From Nitrososphaerota archaeon (GTDB lineage: Archaea > Thermoproteota > Nitrososphaeria > Nitrososphaerales > UBA57), in contig JACZWF010000002.1 in the NCBI GenBank assembly GCA_022572285.1, positions 1-34,932 on the forward strand: DNA of 34,932 nt. Direction: 5' to 3'. Position numbers and translations under genes: made by a program. A model generated the notes under the pieces. It worked only from the letters and a program-made list of their open reading frames with translations, searched no databases and was not told where the DNA came from. Shown one piece after another: positions 23,325-30,406 of this stretch (positions are counted from its first letter, which is position 1; each line of letters begins with the position of its first letter).

Positions 23325-23458
23325 CGCTCCAGATTAGAGTCCAGATATTCGGTCCTGAATCCGAGCTTCTCCATTTGTGCATGTAACTCGTTATCTATTT
23401 CTTGCTGGGCGTGTTTCACAGCTCTTTCATATTCTTCGTTAGTTAGTCGTTTAGTCAT
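23315..23458 (-). CDS. helical miniprotein, 47 aa, first ORF of operon B (not in track)
   Basis: GGTGTATTGGAAC-ATG: MTKRLTNEEYERAVKHAQQEIDNELHAQMEKLGFRTEYLDSNLERWR*. Confidence 0.4.
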   Translation of the reverse strand: MTKRLTNEEYERAVKHAQQEIDNELHAQMEKLGFRTEYLDSNLERWR

Positions 23459-23461
23459 GTT

Positions 23462-23502
23462 CCAATACACCAGTAGAGGGTTAACTCTAGGGGTATTAAT
23501 AT
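23462..23502 (-). promoter_or_regulatory. promoter-like module B: A/T box + invariant GGTGTATTGG
   Basis: Minus-strand reading: AAAGATAACATATTAAT, 23 nt (containing CCTAGAGTTAA), GGTGTATTGG-AAC-ATG. Confidence 0.6.
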
Positions 23503-23519
23503 GTTATCTTTAACGTAAG

Positions 23520-24044
23520 TTATGCTGTTTCTTTGGTCTGTTTGATGAGGAGTGCGACCCTCTTGGCTGAGACATGATATTCTTTTGCTAGGAACCTTAC
23601 CGATTCACCCTGGGACCTTCTGAGCATTTCAAGTAGTTCCATGGCTTCGACCTTCTGCCTCTTGTCTAGGAGTTCTCTAACCTGTTTTTGACCGGCTTCC
23701 CATTCGTCAGCCTTTCTTTGCATCTCTTCCGTATGGACTGAATCTCCGAGTGTCTTATCCATGGCATCGACAACTTCTTGGTGATTGGTTGACTCCTCGG
23801 CTAGTTTGCTCCAGAGCAGATAATCGTTGTAAGCTAATTGTGGGAACCGTCGCATTGTCTTTACCCATGGTTTATCCTCAAAGTCCGAATTCGGACTTTC
23901 ATCTTTCGTGTATGACCGCTTCCATTCTTGGGGTGCGTGATCATAGAGAGTTGATTTTGCTAGGCCGTTAAAGTCTTCGAGAAGTTTCTGACAGATATCC
24001 TCTTTTGGGTGGCCTCTTAATTCAAGATTTTGACCGGCTGCCAT
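23520..24044 (-). CDS. putative DNA-binding regulator with C-terminal HTH, 174 aa
   Basis: The C-terminus reads GESVRFLAKEYHVSAKRVALLIKQ. TAAGGAGAT lies 5 nt before the ATG. It is the last gene of operon C. Confidence 0.45.
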   Translation of the reverse strand: MAAGQNLELRGHPKEDICQKLLEDFNGLAKSTLYDHAPQEWKRSYTKDESPNSDFEDKPWVKTMRRFPQLAYNDYLLWSKLAEESTNHQEVVDAMDKTLGDSVHTEEMQRKADEWEAGQKQVRELLDKRQKVEAMELLEMLRRSQGESVRFLAKEYHVSAKRVALLIKQTKETA

Positions 24045-24157
24045 GACGATCTCCTTAGTCTTACCATACCACGACTTGAACGTAGTATCCCATTGATTTC
24101 TCAGAGAATTATACTCGGTTAGTAATCCATCGTCTATCAGAGTTAGGTCTTTGAAGA

Positions 24158-24328
24158 TTAGCTGGTATGTCTATTTACCCTTTGCGCTTCCTCATCAGCT
24201 ATTTTCTGTTCGTAGGCTCTATCCTTTGCCTTTTTTTCTGTATCGCATTGAAGGCATTGCCACGTAAAGAAGATATTATGCTTCGTGCAGTATTGCTGAT
24301 TTTCATATCTGGATTTTATTTTACCCAT
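24158..24328 (-). CDS. miniprotein, 56 aa (not in track)
   Basis: MGKIKSRYENQQYCTKHNIFFTWQCLQCDTEKKAKDRAYEQKIADEEAQRVNRHTS*. Confidence 0.4.
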   Translation of the reverse strand: MGKIKSRYENQQYCTKHNIFFTWQCLQCDTEKKAKDRAYEQKIADEEAQRVNRHTS

Positions 24329-24351
24329 GAGAATTTAGACTCTTGCTCGCG

Positions 24352-24540
24352 CTAATGGGCAGGTCTTCCCACCTTTTTGTTGATCGGTTTCTTTCTCCAG
24401 AACTTCATTTTGACGTATCTCTCCCGTCCACCCATCTCTCTAAGATCGAGTCTAACGTCCAAATAGTTCTCTTTCTTCATTCGGTTGAGAACTTTATCTA
24501 CTTCGTAGTCTCTACAGACGATTGTAATTATTCCAGGCAT
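24352..24540 (-). CDS. basic protein, 62 aa (ATG 24540; track start is GTG 24567)
   Basis: MPGIITIVCRDYEVDKVL...KKPINKKVGRPAH, with an AT-hook-like GRP at the C-terminus. Confidence 0.45.
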   Translation of the reverse strand: MPGIITIVCRDYEVDKVLNRMKKENYLDVRLDLREMGGRERYVKMKFWRKKPINKKVGRPAH

Positions 24541-24672
24541 GACTTGACACCAAAAGAGGGGAGCCACTTGACCACGGAACCCCCATCATAGGCTCTATGA
24601 TAAGCCTTATGGTTTAATTATTCAATAGACTACATAATTCCTGCTTCGTATGGGCCCTTTAGTTCAACATTT

Positions 24673-25761
24673 CTAAGATATGTTTTCAGGCATGATGGTA
24701 TCTCTGTTCATTAATGCCTGCAACTCTTTTTTTGTAGGTTTTGGGCTTTTGATCTTGGATCGTCTAGGCTTCGTCCCTCGGCTCTTGATTGACTTCTTGA
24801 ACACCATGTAGAACGTAAGAATTGGCTGCGGGTGAGGGACTTGGTGGACCATCGGTCTCACGCCCTTATAGAATATTCGACTGACCCATTCGAACTGACT
24901 CTGCTTGTTCCATCGGTGATCGTAGAACATGGCTGCTTCAAAATCTCCAGGATAATAGTGCCACTCTTTATGATATTCTCCTATCTTGACTATCAGGCCA
25001 TCTCTTGATACTCGGTTGAATTCTGCCCATGTATTCTGAAAGTTCAGATATGGACGGACGAATTGATTCGAGAGATGTGATCCCGTTGTGCGGTTTGCGT
25101 GGATGAATCTATGAATAGGGTTCTTGGACTTGCCCATTATTGGAGCTGCGTTACGGACATAAGTATCGGCTCTGCTTTGTTTGTTTTGCTGGATTAGTGC
25201 GAGAGTATTCCCGGGTCTCATTCGGGGATTAGGTGATTCCCAATACTTCGAAATATCGTGTTGGAGTCCCATATAGAGTTGTTCGTTTCGTGTGATTTTC
25301 GTTCTCCCTCCATCCCTGATAAAAGCCATTGAACTCTTGCCACCCTTTCGCTTGCTTAGATCTTCGGAATTTAGTTCCGCAGGTCCCGTTTGGTAGAAGA
25401 GTCTAGGATCGCGGGAGTAGTGAGCTTCGAGTCTGGGATCGTTGAGTCTATCATCCATTAAGGACGGAGTAAAGGGGAAGTCGCAAAATATGACGTCGAC
25501 TGAATTGTCGGCGAAGGGTAACTGCCAAGCATGGGCTTGTATGATATCTTTGGCTTGTGGCGATATGTCCATGAATGTAACATCGTAGCCTCTCATCTTT
25601 CGATTGAATAGCGTCTCTCGATTATTGATTCCTAGAAATTGCTTCCATACGAGCTTTCGCCCTGCGGTGACATCGAGGATTGTAGTAGGAGCTGGCCAAA
25701 AGAAGGGTATGATCTTACGTAGAGTCTGACCGAGTGGTATATTGAGTAATAGATTATACAA
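24673..25761 (-). CDS. putative SAM-dependent DNA methyltransferase (N6A/N4C type)
   Basis: Motif I-like ILDVTAGR and motif IV-like VIFCDFPF (DPPY-type) lie within the first ~100 aa. The basic C-terminal tail reads KPRRSKIKSPKPTKK. Confidence 0.5.
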   Translation of the reverse strand: MYNLLLNIPLGQTLRKIIPFFWPAPTTILDVTAGRKLVWKQFLGINNRETLFNRKMRGYDVTFMDISPQAKDIIQAHAWQLPFADNSVDVIFCDFPFTPSLMDDRLNDPRLEAHYSRDPRLFYQTGPAELNSEDLSKRKGGKSSMAFIRDGGRTKITRNEQLYMGLQHDISKYWESPNPRMRPGNTLALIQQNKQSRADTYVRNAAPIMGKSKNPIHRFIHANRTTGSHLSNQFVRPYLNFQNTWAEFNRVSRDGLIVKIGEYHKEWHYYPGDFEAAMFYDHRWNKQSQFEWVSRIFYKGVRPMVHQVPHPQPILTFYMVFKKSIKSRGTKPRRSKIKSPKPTKKELQALMNRDTIMPENIS

Positions 25762-26074
25762 CGAGCTTCACGTTTTGCATCTCTGTCGCTAGATCATGAA
25801 TCTTTAGCCGACCCTTGATATAGAACCACACTTGCACTCGTATGTTGTCAGCACTTATTTTACTCCAATATTCTTCTATTACTTTTCGCTCTTTTGGATT
25901 AATGTAATCTTTTTTGACTTGTATCAGAAGGACTTGGCTAGGGAAGATTGCTATCAGATCAAATATACCTTTGCTTGCATAGGCTCTCATGACAGTTAGA
26001 GCTCCCATTTTACGAAGTCTTTTCATGGCTCCGTATTCTCTGGCTCGGCCCTTCGCGTAATTTGTAAGAGTCAT
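25754..26074 (-). CDS. hjc: Hjc-type (archaeal Holliday-junction resolvase-like) PD-(D/E)xK nuclease fold protein with QxK variant
   Basis: KGRAREYGAMKRLRKMGALTVMRAYASKGIFDLIAIFPSQVLLIQVKK aligns by eye with the Hjc pattern KGxxxERExxxxLxxxGFxVxRxxxS...DLxA......IEVK. The start is taken at MTLTNY (ATGA overlap); the track start is 26143. Confidence 0.6.
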   Translation of the reverse strand: MTLTNYAKGRAREYGAMKRLRKMGALTVMRAYASKGIFDLIAIFPSQVLLIQVKKDYINPKERKVIEEYWSKISADNIRVQVWFYIKGRLKIHDLATEMQNVKLVV

Positions 26075-26211
26075 TCGAAGCCCCACCTTCCATGATTCCT
26101 GATGACTGGAACTCCTCTCCTTATTTTGTAGCAGTTTCCACACTCCCTAGCTTGGCGGGTCTTGAGTTTCAGACAGTCGGGGTTTGAAGTCTCATTCGGA
26201 CATGGTCTCAT
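26071..26211 (-). CDS. zinc-ribbon miniprotein, 46 aa (not in track)
   Basis: MRPCPNETSNPDCLKLKTRQARECGNCYKIRRGVPVIRNHGRWGFE*. Confidence 0.4.
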   Translation of the reverse strand: MRPCPNETSNPDCLKLKTRQARECGNCYKIRRGVPVIRNHGRWGFE

Positions 26212-26218
26212 TCCATTA

Positions 26219-26551
26219 TTACTCATTGACAAGCCATCTCTTCGTGACTGCGTTTCTAATATCGTCTGGAGATTGCTTCAAAGCGTCTATGAGAATTTTC
26301 AGAGAGAGTCCTATGAGAGCGCCGTTTGCGTCTGAGAATTCAATGGCTTGTTGATTCAAATTTAGCTGTTGATCTTCATCTAACAACATTTCACCGGTCC
26401 CTAGTCTTTCCCATTCTAAGGATTTGAAGTATGTCTCTTTCAGGTCTCCGAGGAATTTCACCGAGACCGCAACGTGAACTCGATCACATTTCAGACAAGT
26501 CCACAATAAGCCTCCGTCGGATCTTAGTTTAACTGTCATCTCTCTTCTCAT
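26219..26551 (-). CDS. hypothetical protein, 110 aa
   Basis: N-terminal sequence WTCLKCDRVH. No family recognised. Confidence 0.5.
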   Translation of the reverse strand: MRREMTVKLRSDGGLLWTCLKCDRVHVAVSVKFLGDLKETYFKSLEWERLGTGEMLLDEDQQLNLNQQAIEFSDANGALIGLSLKILIDALKQSPDDIRNAVTKRWLVNE

Positions 26552-26928
26552 TCGCGAGCTCTCCGGACTATTTCATCGGTCACTCCCTGAGGGTCTGCTA
26601 AGACTCTTTCGTTTTTGAATCGGAGAGGTTGCTTGAATCCTAGTCTTATGACATGATCGTCAGCCTTCTCGTCCCTTCGGATCTGCCTAGGTTTGTCATG
26701 GATTGATCCGTCGAAATAGACGGGTAGGATCTCGTTCACCCTCATATCGGGGAAATGGGCATAGTCACATATCGAGCAAGCTATGACCGCGCCATCCTCG
26801 GAGACGAATGAAACTGGTGGCTTCACTGCCTGAAGATAAGGGATCATGTGGATGTGCGCTGGAGTGTATTGGGAGACCGTAGGAAAGTCTGAACGTCTCG
26901 AACTCGTGCCTTTACCCCATTGATTCAT
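26548..26928 (-). CDS. hypothetical protein, 126 aa
   Basis: 4-nt overlaps at both ends. No family recognised. Confidence 0.5.
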   Translation of the reverse strand: MNQWGKGTSSRRSDFPTVSQYTPAHIHMIPYLQAVKPPVSFVSEDGAVIACSICDYAHFPDMRVNEILPVYFDGSIHDKPRQIRRDEKADDHVIRLGFKQPLRFKNERVLADPQGVTDEIVRRARE

Positions 26929-27386
26929 AATGTTACGACTCTCATGGCTTGAAGTCCTAAGTGTCTGGTATCGACGATGATAGCAATAGCATCAGGGAGT
27001 GACGCACTCTCTAATTCTAGATCAGGTATGAAATACTTGCGTGGGATTACGAGAGGGATCTGGGGTAAGGAATGGTGTCGTTTGACTATTATAGGCTCTT
27101 CTTCTTGTGAAGACTTGATTACTTCCTTCTCTATTTCTCCTTCCTCATGATTTGAAGTAATTTCATTAATTAGTATCCGAGTCCTTTCGCTCAGTAGAAT
27201 CTTGTCTGGATAGAAGCCTTCATTCATCATCTCATGGATGGCTGCTGTGATTTTTTCTTCGAATGGAGTTATGTTCAGTAGTTTGTCGAGGTCGATAGGT
27301 GCGATTCCCATGCTATAGCCTCCATGAATTAGAACCCCCTCCCATTTCTTGAATTCGACAACTCTTGCTGTGGTGCGCGTCTCCAT
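26925..27386 (-). CDS. hypothetical protein, 153 aa
   Basis: ATG ORF with an acidic central linker. No family recognised. Confidence 0.5.
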   Translation of the reverse strand: METRTTARVVEFKKWEGVLIHGGYSMGIAPIDLDKLLNITPFEEKITAAIHEMMNEGFYPDKILLSERTRILINEITSNHEEGEIEKEVIKSSQEEEPIIVKRHHSLPQIPLVIPRKYFIPDLELESASLPDAIAIIVDTRHLGLQAMRVVTL

Positions 27387-27462
27387 TCAAATATCCTCGT
27401 AGGGATATTCCACAAGAGTCACAAGTCCAGATATCGATAGGATGTAATTTTGCCATACACAC

Positions 27463-27717
27463 TCACACAATCGGGACGAATGATGGGACGGCTTTAAGCT
27501 GTCCATCTATCTCTACGACTGAACCAACAGCTATCAAGACATTAAGGTATTCATTGAATCGAGCTCTCGAAGCGAATCCTTGGATATCTAGGGCATTGGC
27601 TAAGTTATCTCTATCTGAACCTGTAGGACTCTTAGCTATCAGTTGTCGAAGGTGTTCGATTCTCCTAGCTCTCTCTATTGCTTTTGGGTTTGCCATACCG
27701 GGGGAGAATTGAGTCAT
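27463..27717 (-). CDS. small winged-helix-like DNA-binding protein, 84 aa
   Basis: RARRIEHLRQLIAKSPTGSDRDNLANALDIQGFASRARFNEYLNVLIAVGSV has the helix-turn-helix plus wing pattern. Confidence 0.4.
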   Translation of the reverse strand: MTQFSPGMANPKAIERARRIEHLRQLIAKSPTGSDRDNLANALDIQGFASRARFNEYLNVLIAVGSVVEIDGQLKAVPSFVPIV

Positions 27718-27809
27718 TGGTGTTTATACTCCATGGAACCGCAGCAGCTACATTCATTCTCTAAACAATCGATCTCAGTATGCCCCTCACAAGAAATGCA
27801 ATGAGTCAT
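27714..27809 (-). CDS. Cys-rich micro-protein, 31 aa (not in track)
   Basis: MTHCISCEGHTEIDCLENECSCCGSMEYKHQ*. ATGA overlaps at both ends. Confidence 0.35.
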   Translation of the reverse strand: MTHCISCEGHTEIDCLENECSCCGSMEYKHQ

Positions 27810-28018
27810 CTTGGGACTTTCCTCTTCTTAGCGCAGGGCTTACAAAACATGTCATCGGTTAATGACTTTAGAAAGTTGGTCCCAAAGTTCTCGCTGTTTG
27901 ATCTACCACCAATACCGAAGCTGTTGCATATGGGGTCTGTCTGTCCTTTCGAAAAGAAGTGTATTTTCCAGCCACCACCAAGTTTATTCCACCCGGCCGT
28001 TTCGTCTGCCCCTTTCAA
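27806..28018 (-). CDS. hypothetical protein, 70 aa (TTG start, TTGA overlap)
   Basis: Gly-rich, with C-terminal FCKPCAKKRK. Confidence 0.4.
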   Translation of the reverse strand: MKGADETAGWNKLGGGWKIHFFSKGQTDPICNSFGIGGRSNSENFGTNFLKSLTDDMFCKPCAKKRKVPR

Positions 28019-28509
28019 TTACCTGCCTCCAGTTGAGGAGCGTCTATCGTGAATGTTGGGAGAATACTCGAACTGTTTGGGTTTGCTATCATCTCCACCG
28101 CCACCTCTCCAATGGTTCCTACTTTTCCACCTGGCAGATTCGTTAGAACTGAACTCAGGAATTCTTTCTCAAAGGATTCAAGTCCAAATCTGACGGCCTC
28201 CAACTTCACTTTAAGATACCACCACATTAGTCGAAGAGATGCTTCCATGTTGACTGAAGTAACTCCGGCCTTATTCGTATGAGCTAGAGCTGGAGGCGTC
28301 ATTTTGAAGCCGATCGTTCGACTCACCCCTTTAATCTCTAGTTTCATAATAAACTGTAGAGTTGGGGGTTGACCGAGTTCATAGTCTTCCGTCCACTGTG
28401 CTGCTTTGGCTCCTGTCTTTTTCAGCAGGCTTTCAATATCTGCTTTCGTTCTCTCCGGTGGGATTGTCGTATCTTGATATGGAATACGTGGCTGTTTGGG
28501 TCTCCTCAA
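28015..28509 (-). CDS. hypothetical early protein, 164 aa (TTG start)
   Basis: First sizeable gene after promoter module C. No family recognised. Confidence 0.55.
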   Translation of the reverse strand: MRRPKQPRIPYQDTTIPPERTKADIESLLKKTGAKAAQWTEDYELGQPPTLQFIMKLEIKGVSRTIGFKMTPPALAHTNKAGVTSVNMEASLRLMWWYLKVKLEAVRFGLESFEKEFLSSVLTNLPGGKVGTIGEVAVEMIANPNSSSILPTFTIDAPQLEAGN

Positions 28510-28559
28510 GACATCCCATTCCCGATTGTATGTATGCGTATGCGTAACTCTTTAGCCAT
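28506..28559 (-). CDS. possible 17-codon leader micro-ORF
   Basis: GGTGTATTGG-ATG: MAKELRIRIHTIGNGMS*. Its TGA overlaps the TTG start of the next gene (TTGA). Confidence 0.3.
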   Translation of the reverse strand: MAKELRIRIHTIGNGMS

Positions 28560-28598
28560 CCAATACACCACATTTTCAGGCGTGGGTTCCCAATATAA
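28560..28598 (-). promoter_or_regulatory. promoter-like module C: A/T box + invariant GGTGTATTGG
   Basis: Minus-strand reading: AACCTTATATTG, 21 nt, GGTGTATTGG-ATG. Confidence 0.6.
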
Positions 28599-28616
28599 GG
28601 TTAGTGGCTTGATCTT

Positions 28617-28727
28617 TTAGAGCGGGAAGAACAATAAATTCAACAGATTCAGCATCCCAATAGCGACTGCTGCAAGAGTTAGGAGTATGAAAATTGCGTT
28701 CAGTTGGTCTTTCTTCCTTTGCTCCAT
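28617..28727 (-). CDS. single-pass membrane micro-protein, 36 aa (not in track)
   Basis: MEQRKKDQLNAIFILLTLAAVAIGMLNLLNLLFFPL*. It lies between the tail block and promoter C. Confidence 0.3.
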   Translation of the reverse strand: MEQRKKDQLNAIFILLTLAAVAIGMLNLLNLLFFPL

Positions 28728-28783
28728 AGTCAATTTAAAACGACTACCGATATTAAAGGTATGTATGTTTCATCTGCGACAAT

Positions 28784-30406
28784 TTAATCAATGAAATCGA
28801 GCGCGGTAAATCTCATTACTGATTGTCCGAGATCTTTGTGAGTTAGATCGAAGCTCATGTCTATCAATTCCATGAGGCTGTTGACTCCTGTGCTTGGAGC
28901 CTTCTGTTGATGGACCTGAACCATGGTTCCTATTTGGGGGACGTCATCGGGCGCGTATGAAGTGAATGTTATGATTCGCTTCTGTTTGGAGAGTCTTGCT
29001 ACCTGTTCAGAGATCAGTTGTTGCATGGTTTCCCTTTCTCGTATTGCTGGATTGCTGAAGACGTCTTCTCTCAAACCATATTTTTCAATAGAATCGTCCT
29101 CGGCAGCAGTTGTTAGAAGTCGGTTAGATGAAAGGGTTCTGAAGCCGTAACCTACTCCAGTCGAGTCGACGGTCCAAGTTGAACCATTAGCTGAAAAGGC
29201 TGAGGTGTGAGTTGTGAGAGCGTCATGAAACCACCTGTAGGTATTTCCTGCGCTTCCTACTTTGTTGAGAATGAGCCAATAGTTCTGCTTCGTGTTTAGG
29301 AATTCAGCTCCTATGTCAATGTAATACCAGGCTTGACCTGAAGCGATCTTGTCTTTCCCAAGAGCAAATGCTTTGACGATGGCGCCATTTGGATCGTCTG
29401 CATCGTTGTCGTCGTCGAAGGTTTCTCTGACTTGTCCCTGGAGATCTACGAGTGGCGTTCCTGTTTTGTCGATATTGATTGCGATGTAAGCAAGTTTGTT
29501 TTTATCCGGTGTAAATTTGATAGCTCGAAAGTTCGCGTCCAGAGCATCGGGTCCTCCTGTGACAGTCTCTTGGAATTGGTCTTTCTCTAGTTCATCTCCA
29601 CCAAGTCCGAAGAGTCGGTTGATCGTATAGCCTTCGATTATCTCGCTGACTGTGAAAGGTTCATCGTCAACAATAATACCTTTCAGAGTTTCGTCGTGAG
29701 TTTCATCGGGGTCGTCGGTGAATAGGACCCCGGAGTTAGAAGTCTCTGGGTCAGTGAATTGTAGGACGCCTAGGGTGTCTATCCAGAAGTCTTTGCCATC
29801 CACTTCAGAAAGTTCTTTGAGAATGTCTGAAATGGGTTTCATCTCTCCGAAGTATTGAGGTATCTTTTTGGTTGAAAGGGAGACTCCTGCAACTGAGATC
29901 CCTTCGTCTTCCATGGTTGGCTCTCCAGTTGGATAAGCGTCTTCTTCTTGGATTAGGTCTTTCACTAGGTTATCGATTCGGGTCTTCGTGTCTGTGTTAT
30001 CTTGCGTAACTCCGTCTGCTTGTCGATCTTGGATTCTTAGGAGATTACCTATTCGATGGAATAGTCGGTTCGTGATACCGAGACCTGTGAGCTCATAGAC
30101 TAGCTCATTGGCGTTTCTTCGGTGTCGCTTGACTTGTTCGACTCGGCCCAAGAAGTGAGGTTGAGTTGGGAAGGTTGACGTCTTCGAGAGGAATACTTTG
30201 ACGGTGTTGCCATTTCCGAAGGCGTTCAGTAGTGCTGCTGCTGAGTCTTCTATCTCTAGGATTAGTCGAGAAGCTTTCCCCTGGATTTGTGGATTGAAAG
30301 ACGTCCTCAGTAAGTTGAACTGGTGAGTTGGTGGGAAGGGGTCGAAGGTTCGGGTTTGCGTTCCTGTTATGGTGACCTTTGCCTTGACTGGATCTTCATT
30401 AACCAT
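28784..30406 (-). CDS. tail protein immediately downstream of the tape measure (distal tail / baseplate-type)
   Basis: 540 aa. Its ATG abuts the tape-measure stop. The call rests on position only. Confidence 0.5.
   Translation of the reverse strand: MVNEDPVKAKVTITGTQTRTFDPFPPTHQFNLLRTSFNPQIQGKASRLILEIEDSAAALLNAFGNGNTVKVFLSKTSTFPTQPHFLGRVEQVKRHRRNANELVYELTGLGITNRLFHRIGNLLRIQDRQADGVTQDNTDTKTRIDNLVKDLIQEEDAYPTGEPTMEDEGISVAGVSLSTKKIPQYFGEMKPISDILKELSEVDGKDFWIDTLGVLQFTDPETSNSGVLFTDDPDETHDETLKGIIVDDEPFTVSEIIEGYTINRLFGLGGDELEKDQFQETVTGGPDALDANFRAIKFTPDKNKLAYIAINIDKTGTPLVDLQGQVRETFDDDNDADDPNGAIVKAFALGKDKIASGQAWYYIDIGAEFLNTKQNYWLILNKVGSAGNTYRWFHDALTTHTSAFSANGSTWTVDSTGVGYGFRTLSSNRLLTTAAEDDSIEKYGLREDVFSNPAIRERETMQQLISEQVARLSKQKRIITFTSYAPDDVPQIGTMVQVHQQKAPSTGVNSLMELIDMSFDLTHKDLGQSVMRFTALDFID

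Noticed and set aside
24108-24136. Sigma70-like promoter TAGACG-17-TATAAT upstream of gene 23520-24044
   Set aside because: It is the only such match I found, and it cannot be told apart from an archaeal-type A/T box. None of the motif-headed promoters has a -35 / -10 arrangement.
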